A stretch of 64,000 nt of DNA, from NCBI GenBank assembly GCA_042577545.1, contig JBHPDT010000002.1, forward strand, positions 1,574-65,573, read 5' to 3'. A program made the translations under genes and the position numbers. Below are positions 39,003 to 49,034 of this stretch, piece after piece (position 1 is the first letter of the stretch; each line of letters starts with the position of its first letter). Source of the stretch: Candidatus Omnitrophota bacterium. Lineage in GTDB: Bacteria; Omnitrophota; Gorgyraeia; JABMRG01. The notes below the pieces were generated by a model. That model searched no databases. It saw nothing but the letters and a program-made list of their open reading frames with translations, and was not told the origin of the DNA.

Positions 39003-39244
39003 GGAACCTCCTTTCAAGGTTAATGGTACGTTTGTGTTTATCACAACAATTATACCATTTGATCCTCGAGATCACAAAAGGTCTTAGCCATAAAGGCTAC
39101 TCTTATGACCTCCTCGGAAGGGAGGTTCTTTTTCATGTTACCATTGCGAAGAGGCCATTGAAACCATGTTTGCCGACGAAGCAATCTCAAAGACAGAGAT
39201 TGCCACGCTCGCCTTCGGCTCGCTCGCAATGGTAACATGCAAGA

Positions 39245-39652
39245 TTCAGTGGCAGCTTTTGGCTAAGAATTTTTTTTGAAGTGCGAGGCACCTCAGGGAT
39301 TTTTCAATGCCACTAAAGGAAGGCGAAATGTTTCAGTGGCAGTTTTTGGATAAGAATTCTTCTGAAAAGTGAGGTTCGGTGGCAGTTTTTGGACAAGAAT
39401 TTTTTTGAAATGCGAGGCACCTCAGAGATTTTTCCAGCACTAAGGCAAAGCGAAATATGTAATCTGAACAGGGCTTTTTTGTTGTGAGCGGGCATGGTTT
39501 CCCAAACCAAAGGTTTGGGAAGAGCGAGCAACAAAAACAGAGCCAAAAAACCTCGCTGGGGTTTTTTGAGCGTCCCTGTGAAGATTACACATTGAGCTTA
39601 TAAGTACGAAAGGACGGCGAAAAATTCCAGTGCCGAGCATTCAAAAAAATTC
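39245..39652. repeat. Nested palindrome and direct-repeat region downstream of rpoD
   Basis: Three copies of TTC(A/G)GTGGCAG(C/T)TTTTGG..AAGAATT (39245, 39332, 39375). GAATTTTTTTGAA..GCGAGGCAC arms pair with GTGCCGAGCATTCAAAAAAATTC and enclose TGTAATCTGAACAGGG...CCCTGTGAAGATTACA. Confidence 0.75.
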
Positions 39653-39654
39653 GC

Positions 39655-41421
39655 TCAGAAGATTTCCCGTTCCTCGCTATAAGCGAGGTCAAGGAAATTG
39701 CGGAGCTTTCTGCTGCGAATGGGGTGGCGCAACTTACGTAAGGCCTTTGCTTCTATCTGGCGAACTCTCTCTCTTGTAACATGAAATATAGTGCCTACCT
39801 CTTCAAGGGTGCGAGGATATCCATCGCCAATACCGAATCGAAGCCTTAAGACCTGTTTCTCGCGATCTGTCAAGGTATCGAGAACCGTCTCCATCTGCTC
39901 CTTAAGCATGGTGTATGCTGTAGCGCTTGCAGGTGACATAGCTCTCTTGTCTTCAATAAAATCACCAAAATGGGTATCGCCCTCATCCCCTACAGGTGTC
40001 TGCAAAGAGATAGGCTCCTGCGCGATCTTTAGAATGCCGCGCACCTTCTCAACCGACATCTGCATGTGGCGGCCTATCTCCTCAGGAGTGGGTTCTCTGC
40101 CCGACTCTTGAACCAGCGACCTTGATACCCTTACAAGACGATTTATAGTCTCTGTCATATGAACAGGTATTCTTATAGTACGGGCCTGATCAGCTATTGA
40201 ACGTGTAATAGCCTGTCTTATCCACCATGTCGCGTATGTTGAGAACTTATACCCCCTCTTATACTCAAACTTATCAACCGCCTTCATCAAACCTATATTA
40301 CCCTCTTGTATAAGATCGAGGAACGACAGGCCTCTATTCGTATATTTCTTCGCAATTGAGACAACGAGCCTTAAATTAGCCTCAACTAAAACCTTCTTTG
40401 TTTTTTGAAACTCTGCCTCTTTTCTCCTAATTATAAAGATGCGCTGTTTTATGCCATCATAATATGGCTCTCCGAATTCACGCTCAATCTTGCGCATCTT
40501 CTTTTTAAGTTCTTTGATCTTCTTGTATTTTCTAGCCTTCTTAAGCCTATTGATCTCGCGTATAATCCTCTCTATCTGCTCCGCATGCATCTTAATCCTA
40601 TAACCCATCTCCTCAGCATACGTAGTAACAAAACTGAACTTAAAGAGCAGTTCTTTTACAGTCTCTTTCTTTTTAGCCCTCTTAAGTTTGGTGAGGAGCT
40701 TTGATATTCTGGTAATAGGCTTTATTCGCGCTGGCCTACTGATATCCTCCTTGATGTAATCTTCTGGGTTTACTTCCTCGCTCATTATCTTCTCGCCCAA
40801 TTCGAGAACATACTCCTTCGCTAGATCGCACTCAAATATTATATCCCTAAAACCTATCTCAGCTGCTTCAATCCGTTTAGCAAGATCTATCTCCTCTTCC
40901 CTGGTAAGAAGAGGTATCTGGCCCATCTGCCGAAGATACATCCTTACAGGATCATCTACAGAGCTTGATTCACCTGGAGCAATAGGAAGTGTCTGTGTCG
41001 ATGCCTTAGATGCCTTCTCCCTGGCGCGCGCCGCATCAGCATCGAGCAGTTCAATATTCTTCTCATCCAGGGTATTAAGAATCTTGTCTATCTCATCGGA
41101 AGATGTTATATCTTCAGGAAGTATATCATTAACCTGATCATAGGTAAGATAGCCCTTCTCCTTACCAAGAACGATCAACTCTTGTATCTTAGACTTCATC
41201 GAGACTTTCTTGGTAGTGTCTTTCTTTGACTTTTTTTCAGCGGTCTTCTTTTTAGCGCTTTTGGCGACACTCTTTTTCTTCTTCTTTGAAACCTTTTTAA
41301 GCGCGGGCTTCTTCTTAATATTCTTGGGTACCTTTTTCACGGCCTTCTTCTTAGATACCTTCTTTAAAGACTTTTTTCTTGCTACCTTCTTTTTTTTCTT
41401 ATTCTTAATTTTCTTGGCCAT
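39655..41421 (-). CDS. rpoD: Primary sigma factor RpoD with a Lys-rich N-terminal extension
   Basis: [61 protein letters not shown]. Confidence 0.97.
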   Translation of the reverse strand: MAKKIKNKKKKKVARKKSLKKVSKKKAVKKVPKNIKKKPALKKVSKKKKKSVAKSAKKKTAEKKSKKDTTKKVSMKSKIQELIVLGKEKGYLTYDQVNDILPEDITSSDEIDKILNTLDEKNIELLDADAARAREKASKASTQTLPIAPGESSSVDDPVRMYLRQMGQIPLLTREEEIDLAKRIEAAEIGFRDIIFECDLAKEYVLELGEKIMSEEVNPEDYIKEDISRPARIKPITRISKLLTKLKRAKKKETVKELLFKFSFVTTYAEEMGYRIKMHAEQIERIIREINRLKKARKYKKIKELKKKMRKIEREFGEPYYDGIKQRIFIIRRKEAEFQKTKKVLVEANLRLVVSIAKKYTNRGLSFLDLIQEGNIGLMKAVDKFEYKRGYKFSTYATWWIRQAITRSIADQARTIRIPVHMTETINRLVRVSRSLVQESGREPTPEEIGRHMQMSVEKVRGILKIAQEPISLQTPVGDEGDTHFGDFIEDKRAMSPASATAYTMLKEQMETVLDTLTDREKQVLRLRFGIGDGYPRTLEEVGTIFHVTRERVRQIEAKALRKLRHPIRSRKLRNFLDLAYSEEREIF

Positions 41422-43193
41422 TAAAATTTTACACTCCTCAATGAGTCCTTTTGTCTGATCAGATCCATAAGCAAGGCATCGTCACCCTTTTGCTCAGCCT
41501 TCTTCATGAGATCGGTCAGCTTCACTTTTACCAATTTTAGATTATCCCTCTTAATCTTAGCTATACAATCGATTAAACTTTTCTCTCTATCTATGATATT
41601 TTCTGTCTCTGTTAAGGCCTCACACATTATATGAATCAGATCATCATCGTTAAGACTATGCATCATCTTAGCGGCGCTTGGAACAGAACCCTCATCAATT
41701 ATCTGGAATACCCTGGTAACAATATTTCTTATATCTTCACTCTGAAAATCTTCTATCTTAAGGCTTTTCTTTACATCCTCCGCTATCTGCGGGTCTTCTA
41801 TCATCAATCCCGCGACTATCTTCTCAGCAGGCCGTATAGCCTTCTTTTCCTTAAATACGTTCTGATCGCGGCCGGAGGCCACTCCTGCATAAGAATAATC
41901 TATCTTTACCTTGGCCAGCTCTTCTAGGAGCGCTTCCTCCTTCGTAGACAATACCTCAGCTAGCTTTCTTAGATAATCCTGTTTTAATACCGCATTCTCA
42001 ACCCTCTTTATAGTCGGCAGCATCTCAGCAGTAATCTTGGCCTTATCCTCCGCGCGCGCTGGATCGAACTTATTTAGAAGGAGTTTTAACTTGTAGTCAA
42101 AGAGATTGTCAGCGCCCTCAACCAGAGTAAGGAACTTCTCGCCTGAGCTCTTGCGAACATATGTATCAGGATCATCACCCTTAGGGAGTGTCGCAATCTT
42201 CACATAAAGATTCTCTGATAAGAGCATATCTAAACCACGCAATGAAGCGGCCTCTCCTGCCTCGTCCGAATCAAATATTATAATAACATTATTAGTAAAA
42301 CGTTTAATCAGTCGTATCTGCTCTACAGTCAACGCCGTACCCAGAGTAGCAACTATATTTCTTATACCGTTCTGATAAGGAATTATCAGATCCAGATATC
42401 CTTCCACAACTATAACATAATCTTTATTCTTTATCTCATCCAAAGCAAAATTTAATCCATAAAGATGCCTGCCCTTAACATAAGCCTGCGTTTCAGGTGA
42501 ATTCATATATTTAGGAAGTGAGCTATCTGTAACCCTGCCGCCAAAGGCAACTACCTTTGATCTGACATCAAATATAGGAAATATAATCCGATTTCTGAAT
42601 CTATCATAAAAGCTATCTTCTCGACCAGGTATTATGAGCCCGGCCTTCTCCAGCGCGGAATTTGAAACCCCTTTTTGTTTGGCATAATTTAGAAGCGCAT
42701 CCCATGAATCTTGAGCAAAGCCCAGCCTAAATTTAGCAACAGTATCAGCGATAAGCGAGCGATCCGCCATATACTTTCTTGCCTCTTTAGCTCTTGATGA
42801 ACCAATAAGTACGGCATTATAATAATTGGCCGCAAATTCATTTACGCGATACAGCGCGCTTGTAAATGAAGACTTGCCACCGGACGAACCCCCTTTAAAT
42901 TTAGGCATACTTACATTGGCCTTATCAGCCAATGTCCTTAGGGCTTCGATAAACTCCACCTTCTCATGTTTCATAACAAAAGAGATCAGATCGCCACCCT
43001 CGCCACACCCGAAGCAATGAAATATCTGTTTACCAGGGCTGACTACAAACGATGGGGTCTTCTCAAAGTGGAATGGGCAGCATGCCTTAAAATTTTGCCC
43101 AGCACGCTTAAGCGGAATATAGCCTCCTACAATATCCACTATATTCAATTTCGATTGTATCTCTTCTATTGTTCTTTCTAGGTCTGTTGCCAA
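41421..43193 (-). CDS. dnaG: DNA primase
   Basis: CPFH..CFGC zinc finger, [36 protein letters not shown]. Confidence 0.97.
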   Translation of the reverse strand: MATDLERTIEEIQSKLNIVDIVGGYIPLKRAGQNFKACCPFHFEKTPSFVVSPGKQIFHCFGCGEGGDLISFVMKHEKVEFIEALRTLADKANVSMPKFKGGSSGGKSSFTSALYRVNEFAANYYNAVLIGSSRAKEARKYMADRSLIADTVAKFRLGFAQDSWDALLNYAKQKGVSNSALEKAGLIIPGREDSFYDRFRNRIIFPIFDVRSKVVAFGGRVTDSSLPKYMNSPETQAYVKGRHLYGLNFALDEIKNKDYVIVVEGYLDLIIPYQNGIRNIVATLGTALTVEQIRLIKRFTNNVIIIFDSDEAGEAASLRGLDMLLSENLYVKIATLPKGDDPDTYVRKSSGEKFLTLVEGADNLFDYKLKLLLNKFDPARAEDKAKITAEMLPTIKRVENAVLKQDYLRKLAEVLSTKEEALLEELAKVKIDYSYAGVASGRDQNVFKEKKAIRPAEKIVAGLMIEDPQIAEDVKKSLKIEDFQSEDIRNIVTRVFQIIDEGSVPSAAKMMHSLNDDDLIHIMCEALTETENIIDREKSLIDCIAKIKRDNLKLVKVKLTDLMKKAEQKGDDALLMDLIRQKDSLRSVKF

Positions 43194-43199
43194 GGTATA

Positions 43200-44162
43200 T
43201 TATCTCCGTCTTGCCCTTATGAATCCTGAGCAAGGTATTATCTTCAATCTATTCTTCTTATCAACAGCATCGATAAGCAAATTCATGCCGACATTATCGC
43301 TGGAGATGTGACCAGCTAGCAGGATATTTAAGGAATGCTTCTGCGCCTGTTTGAAATGCTCCTCACTCATATGCATTCCAACGATAGTCTTTACCCCTGC
43401 TTTAGTCATTGCGGAAAATATCTTTTTAGGCCCTTCTGTTCCGCCCGTCATCTCAAGCGCTATCTTCCCACAGCGGTTGCTCATCTTGCCTGAGATTAAC
43501 TTTGGGCCCGAATGGCCCAATTTGGCATATTTATATTCAGGCTCATTCATCAGAATATCCACTATGCATCCAACCGTCTTTGGTTTATTCTTCTTTAATA
43601 ATCCGTTCAGATAATCAGAAACACAATTATCCGCAACAGTATGAGTGCACATATAGGCTATATTTAGAAGTTTCGCGGCATCGACCGGACGCATAGCGTT
43701 GCCGGGGTGAACTTTTCTCGCGATCTCGGATATTCTATCATCGAGCATCTTAGCCGCCTTTTTGCTCTTAATACCTAGAGATCTTAATATATCGTGTTGT
43801 ACATTCATTACCTCATAAAAAATTGAGCGCGCAAATCCCTGAGGATGATGCGAGATTACAAGATCTATCTTCTTGCCTTTTTTGCGTAAGCTATCCGCTA
43901 AAAGAAGCTCTGGTGTCTCAGCATCAATTCCGACCATAATATTTTTTATATCTTTGTTACCATCACTAAACAGAAGCCGCGTATCGCTATAGGGGTTCTT
44001 GAGTTTCTCCGTATCGAAGAACTCCTTTTCATCTGATGGTAAACCGCTATATTCCTTGTTAATCTTAGCAAGATATGCCTTAACGCCCTTTATGCCGCGC
44101 GGATCCCTTTTAATACCCTCCTCAATTACAGAATCATAAAAGTCCTTTAGCTTCAAATCCAT
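43200..44162 (-). CDS. NIF3/NGG1p-interacting-like metal protein
   Basis: NPYSD, MVGID, ISHHP, HTVADN, TGGTEG, AGHISSD. Confidence 0.75.
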   Translation of the reverse strand: MDLKLKDFYDSVIEEGIKRDPRGIKGVKAYLAKINKEYSGLPSDEKEFFDTEKLKNPYSDTRLLFSDGNKDIKNIMVGIDAETPELLLADSLRKKGKKIDLVISHHPQGFARSIFYEVMNVQHDILRSLGIKSKKAAKMLDDRISEIARKVHPGNAMRPVDAAKLLNIAYMCTHTVADNCVSDYLNGLLKKNKPKTVGCIVDILMNEPEYKYAKLGHSGPKLISGKMSNRCGKIALEMTGGTEGPKKIFSAMTKAGVKTIVGMHMSEEHFKQAQKHSLNILLAGHISSDNVGMNLLIDAVDKKNRLKIIPCSGFIRARRR

Positions 44163-44183
44163 CTCCTTTTGGTTAATAAAATA

Positions 44184-44753
44184 CTAGGAAGGCTTTCTCT
44201 TCTTTTCCTTAAAAGCAGGCATGTTATGGAATATAGAGGTCTCGGTTCTGGATTCAGGTAACCAGAATGTCAAGCCCTTGTATGTTCTGTTAGCAGCCTT
44301 GATAATAAATATTCCTGAATACGACTTATCGTAAATACTATCTGAGATATATGACACAGGCAAAAAACCTAAAGCCAACAACAATATGCCCGCGATAATA
44401 ATCCCTCTACCTAAGCCAAGGATACCTCCGCCTATCCTCTCAAGCTGAGGTATAAACTGAATATTCAATATCTTAAAAATCAAGGCTATCCCATATTTGA
44501 ATACCACTCTTATTAATTGCGCGATAATAACAAAGCAAGTAAACTGAGCAATCCAAACTGGAAGATTTAAATTGATAACTAAGATATCAGCTACTCGAGA
44601 ATACCACTGCGTAGCTATTACCAAGCTTAAGATTATACCAAAAAAATTAAACAACTCGGCAGTAAGACCCTTCTTAGCACCAAGAAAAACAGCGCGTAGT
44701 AGTAATACTATTACTACTATATCAACCCAATTAATATATTTGAGGAATTCCAT
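44184..44753 (-). CDS. CvpA (colicin V production) family membrane protein
   Basis: NWVDI...GAKKGL..E and ERIGGGILGLGRG patterns; about 4 TM helices. Confidence 0.8.
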   Translation of the reverse strand: MEFLKYINWVDIVVIVLLLRAVFLGAKKGLTAELFNFFGIILSLVIATQWYSRVADILVINLNLPVWIAQFTCFVIIAQLIRVVFKYGIALIFKILNIQFIPQLERIGGGILGLGRGIIIAGILLLALGFLPVSYISDSIYDKSYSGIFIIKAANRTYKGLTFWLPESRTETSIFHNMPAFKEKKRKPS

Positions 44754-44860
44754 AATCTATACGGGAAAACTCGGTTTGCTATAACACATATTATAAAATG
44801 TGTTAAAAATATACCATATATATATAGAAAAGTCAAGGTTTTGCCCTGGCAAAACCGCAG

Positions 44861-45033
44861 TCCCGAACAAAAATTTGCTAGTTTAACTGCGCATATAATT
44901 TTGGTTGCGGGACAAGGCCACAGCCCCGTAACAAATTTTGCTCGCATGGGTTCTGACCTTAAATTTGGTTCTGGGCCACAGCCCCGTAACAAATTTTGCT
45001 CGCATGGGTTCTGACCTTAAATTTGGTTCGGGG
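44861..45033. repeat. Three palindromic elements of the CCCCG..AAATTT/AAATTTGGTTCGGGG family
   Basis: 44861-44912, 44924-44974 and 44982-45033; the last two are near-identical. Confidence 0.8.
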
Positions 45034-45082
45034 TGCTCATCACTTGGTTCAGCGTCATTCATATTATTAGACACTATAAAAA

Positions 45083-46936
45083 CTACTTAAAATACCTCAA
45101 AAGATCGCGCGCAGGCTCAAACTCTCTATCGAGATCGAGGGTCGTCTCCAGCTCCTCCTTTGACTCCCTTAATCGCCCTTCTCTGCCATATATCACACCA
45201 AGATTATAATGGGTCTTCGCATTCAATGGATCCAGTTCTATTGCTAATCTATATTCTTTGATAGCCAAGGAGTGAATCTTTTTCTTAGAAAAGATATTAC
45301 CAAGATTATTGTGAGCCATAGCGATATTAGGATTTAACGCTATAGCTTTCTTATACTCAGACTCGGCTCTCCCTAGATCACCCTTTCTCTCAAAGACTAA
45401 TCCTAAATTAATGTAAGCATATGGGTAATTAGGATCTATTGATAAGGACTTACGTAACATAACTTGCCCCTGAGATAATCTATTTTGAGCAATATATATA
45501 TAGCCGATATCATTATACGGCTTGGGGTCTGAACTATCAAGCTCTATGGCTCTATTCAAAGCCGCGATCGCCTCATCCCACCTGCTATTATCCATAAGAA
45601 TGGTTCCAAGATTGACATATCCGCTAGAAACAACTTCGATCCCGGTAGGATAATTTACTATAACCCCTAAAACCAAAAGCGCGCACATAGCTTTTGTGAG
45701 ATGACCGACATCCCTAGATTTAACCTTTTGGATTATCCAGGAAATAGTATATCCTGAAAATATCATTAGCATCATTGCCAAAGGCAGCCTGTATCTTGAG
45801 TTGACAAAATATATAACAATAGATAACGTGTATGAGGCAATAAATATATATAAAGGCATCAACTCCCTCCACCGCCTAGCCGAAAGCAATATGCCTAAAA
45901 TGCCCAGAGGTCCGATAAGAAAGAAACTGAAAAAAGGCAGTTTTAGCAAGCGTATAAAATCAGCATATACGGGATAATACGCTGCGTCATATAACTCCTG
46001 GCTATTGAAGGTCAATCTTAACTTGAGAATTAAAAGTTTTAAAAATTTCGCGGGATTTTTTTTCATAAAATCTATCGCCTTATGAAAATAGTATCTAGAA
46101 ACTTCGCCTTCGCTCAACGTACGATTAAGATCTCTCTCCGCGATTGTTTTCGCGTCCCTCTTCATACCCTCTATATTGGTCCTTGACCATTCAGGGGCTT
46201 TGTATGTGCCGTCAGCTTTTTCATTATTACCAATAAAAAAGTTAATACCTGAATGCGAAGTCAAAAAAACCAGGTCTCCTGAGACCACAAGGTTTCTTAT
46301 GGTAACAGGCAGGATAATACAGATCAATCCCAAAAATCCTATCAAGACCCTTAATGCGGTTCCTTTTCTCTCTTTGGCCTTTAATAAAAACCAGAAGAAT
46401 ATGGCTGGTATGAACAATAATATGCCAGCGCGGGATAAAGATGCCAATCCAAGCAATAGGCCTAAGGTAAAAAATCTAATGAAAGTTTCTTTTTCAATTA
46501 TCAGTAGAATACATAATATTACCAAGCAATAAAGAAATATGGCCACACTGGAAGGCGCTAGAAGCCCGCTATAAAAAATAAGAGGGCCGTACAAAGCAGC
46601 TATGACTCCAGCGCAGATACCAGCTATATTACCAAAAAGCTTCTTTGTTACAAGATATATAAGCAGGCAGCTTAAGGAGGCGAGTATAATAGAGAACAAG
46701 CGCGGAATTAACAGATTATACCCAAACACTTTATATAAGAATCCCAACAAGTAGGGAAATAGCGGCAGCGCCTCGAACGCGCTGTTACCCATCCCTTCAC
46801 CAGACGCTATCTTCCTGGCCCATAAATTATAGAATGATTCATCAAGCAAAAAATTGCTGTAAAAAATAGTGGATTTAAGCTGGATAATATAGACTAATCG
46901 TACTGCAAAAGATAAAATAAGTAGGGATATAACCAT
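45083..46936 (-). CDS. ArnT/PMT-like membrane glycosyltransferase with C-terminal TPR repeats
   Basis: LDESFY..WA, PLFPY, GINFFIGNN, SRYRLP; about five TPRs. Confidence 0.8.
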   Translation of the reverse strand: MVISLLILSFAVRLVYIIQLKSTIFYSNFLLDESFYNLWARKIASGEGMGNSAFEALPLFPYLLGFLYKVFGYNLLIPRLFSIILASLSCLLIYLVTKKLFGNIAGICAGVIAALYGPLIFYSGLLAPSSVAIFLYCLVILCILLIIEKETFIRFFTLGLLLGLASLSRAGILLFIPAIFFWFLLKAKERKGTALRVLIGFLGLICIILPVTIRNLVVSGDLVFLTSHSGINFFIGNNEKADGTYKAPEWSRTNIEGMKRDAKTIAERDLNRTLSEGEVSRYYFHKAIDFMKKNPAKFLKLLILKLRLTFNSQELYDAAYYPVYADFIRLLKLPFFSFFLIGPLGILGILLSARRWRELMPLYIFIASYTLSIVIYFVNSRYRLPLAMMLMIFSGYTISWIIQKVKSRDVGHLTKAMCALLVLGVIVNYPTGIEVVSSGYVNLGTILMDNSRWDEAIAALNRAIELDSSDPKPYNDIGYIYIAQNRLSQGQVMLRKSLSIDPNYPYAYINLGLVFERKGDLGRAESEYKKAIALNPNIAMAHNNLGNIFSKKKIHSLAIKEYRLAIELDPLNAKTHYNLGVIYGREGRLRESKEELETTLDLDREFEPARDLLRYFK

Positions 46937-49017
46937 TAATTTTTTTTCACTTCATCAGAATTTTTCAGAGTCTTGATAAACGCCTCTACGACAATAGGGT
47001 CAAACTGTGTGCCTGCTTTATCCTTAATCTCCTTTATCGCAACACTTCTTCGTAAGGCCTTTCTGTGCGGTCTATCAGAGATCATAGTATCATAAGTATT
47101 AGCAACAGCGATTATGCGTGAGACTACAGGTATCTCTTTACCTTTCAGCCCATCGGGGTAGCCTGTTCCGTCAAAATTTTCATGATGATGGCGTATTAAG
47201 TCAAAGGCCCCGCCTATCTCTTTAATAGGCTGCAGTATACTCTCTCCTATTATGGCATGGCGTTTAAGCTCCGCTTCCTCTTCGCCTGTAAGGCTATCCT
47301 GTTTATTAAGTATCTTATCAGAGATACCTATCTTACCAACATCATGCAATAGGGCGGCTATGTGCAAATTATCGTAAATCTGTTGATTGAACTTTACATC
47401 AGGAATAAGCTTCTCTAATTCTTTAGCAATGACTGCTGAATACTCAGCTACCTTCAGCGCATGTGTATGGGTAAAGCCATCTTTAGCGTCAATAGCAAAG
47501 GAGAAAGCTGAAGCGGCATCTATAAAAAGTTTATGCTCATCCTTATATAGATGCTTTAGAGTTTCGACCCTCTTCTTTAACTCTTCATACATGCGCGCGT
47601 TCTCAAATGCTATAGCAGCATTGTTAGAGAGTGTGGACAACAATGAAAAATCCTCGGCCAAATAATGTTCACCCGAAAGCTTCGTTCCCAAAACCAAGAA
47701 ACCGATCATCTCCCCTCTTAAAAAACTTGGGATACAAACAGCTGCGCCCAGCTCATCCATCTCTGCCTTCATCTGATCTAAAGTCTTTTTTAAGACCAGG
47801 CGCCGCATAAATAACTTCTTTCCATTAAGCCAGTTAATTAGCATATCATTATCGAGGGGCTGCTTCTTCTCTATTAGCCATCTAATAAAAGTAGAATCTC
47901 CTCTGATATTTGCCGCAATCTTACGTCCAGCAAAGCCCCTAATGACCTCGCACTTATAAAGACCGCTTGTTTTGTCGACCAGATATATGGCGCAACCGGT
48001 AACCCTTATATTCTTCGATATTAGATGGGCCATTAATGTAAGCAGTTTCTTTGTATTTGTAATTAGCGTCATGCCTTTTGCGGCATTCTTTAGAATCAGA
48101 AGATAGTCATATCTACGTTGGTATAAGGCCTTATCTGTAAGCATAGCAAGCAGATCCTCTAAAGGGCGGACAGAGATTGTTATAATAAAAAGCGCGGCTA
48201 TAGGTATAATCCAGGGATTGAGGTTAAAATATATAGACAAGAGCTGCTGACTAAAAAATATCAACAGAACAAATATCCCAACTACCGCACCGTAAAGCAG
48301 AGAAAATACCAATGTTCTTCTTTTAATAAGTTCTATCTCCATCAGCTGGACCGTATAAGTCGCTGTTATTATAAAAAGATTTGATGCAACCACCATATAA
48401 AGCGCCATCGGGCTAAGTACCGGTATGCGCACACCATAGAGCGTCAAATACGATATACCTCCACCGAGAAATCCTAAGATGCCAGATAGCGAAACATATT
48501 TTAACTGCCTCTTTCCAAGCTCGGTTAAGTGTCTGTATCTCTTATATGATATATAATACGCATATGCCGGATAGGTGACAAAGTATACTATAAACAACCA
48601 ATATAGATTAGTTGGGTTAGGATATATAAGACCGAGTTCAGCGGATGCGGATCGCGTAAAATATGAAAAAAGATGTGAAAGCGCGAATATACAGGCAAAG
48701 GCATATCCTATGACTATTGGTAACTTCTTCTGATGTTCTATATTTATAACATTCGCGACAAAATGGAAATAACATATAGGGACTAGCGCTGCTCCCAAGT
48801 GCAATAGTCTACCCCAAAAGATAAGAGATCTCTCGTTTGGGGAGGCGGTGATCATATATATGCCAAAAGACCAGATGGCTGTGGAGATCATAAAGAAAAG
48901 ATAGCTTCGCGCAATCTTGTTTCCACGACCTCGGACAAATATAAGAAGACCCAATACTAATGTCAACCCTATGGTTATCAATGAGCCGAACATATAATTT
49001 ATTTGATAATAGAACAT
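46936..49017 (-). CDS. 7TM-sensor/GAF/HD-GYP protein (partly degenerate)
   Basis: TM N-terminus, GAF, HDVGK, HHENFDGTGYP; AVANTYD where the canonical motif has AVAD. Confidence 0.85.
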   Translation of the reverse strand: MFYYQINYMFGSLITIGLTLVLGLLIFVRGRGNKIARSYLFFMISTAIWSFGIYMITASPNERSLIFWGRLLHLGAALVPICYFHFVANVINIEHQKKLPIVIGYAFACIFALSHLFSYFTRSASAELGLIYPNPTNLYWLFIVYFVTYPAYAYYISYKRYRHLTELGKRQLKYVSLSGILGFLGGGISYLTLYGVRIPVLSPMALYMVVASNLFIITATYTVQLMEIELIKRRTLVFSLLYGAVVGIFVLLIFFSQQLLSIYFNLNPWIIPIAALFIITISVRPLEDLLAMLTDKALYQRRYDYLLILKNAAKGMTLITNTKKLLTLMAHLISKNIRVTGCAIYLVDKTSGLYKCEVIRGFAGRKIAANIRGDSTFIRWLIEKKQPLDNDMLINWLNGKKLFMRRLVLKKTLDQMKAEMDELGAAVCIPSFLRGEMIGFLVLGTKLSGEHYLAEDFSLLSTLSNNAAIAFENARMYEELKKRVETLKHLYKDEHKLFIDAASAFSFAIDAKDGFTHTHALKVAEYSAVIAKELEKLIPDVKFNQQIYDNLHIAALLHDVGKIGISDKILNKQDSLTGEEEAELKRHAIIGESILQPIKEIGGAFDLIRHHHENFDGTGYPDGLKGKEIPVVSRIIAVANTYDTMISDRPHRKALRRSVAIKEIKDKAGTQFDPIVVEAFIKTLKNSDEVKKN

Positions 49018-49034
49018 AGATATACTACCCTCTC

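Larger units (their letters stand above)
37661..39144 (-). mobile_element. IS110-family, IS1111-group insertion sequence
   Basis: Subterminal inverted repeats ATGAAAAAG (37666-37674) and CTTTTTCAT (39128-39136); CAT core at both ends (37661-37663, 39142-39144). Excision restores ACGTCATTGCG; the circle junction gives TTGACA-17-TAACAT. Confidence 0.9.

Noticed and set aside
44861-45033. Tandem 52-bp units (also 21524-21634, 39245-39400) as mini-CRISPR; ORFs 44717-44992 and 44883-45074
   Set aside because: Only 2-3 copies with very short or repeated spacers; the ORFs are translations of the palindromes.
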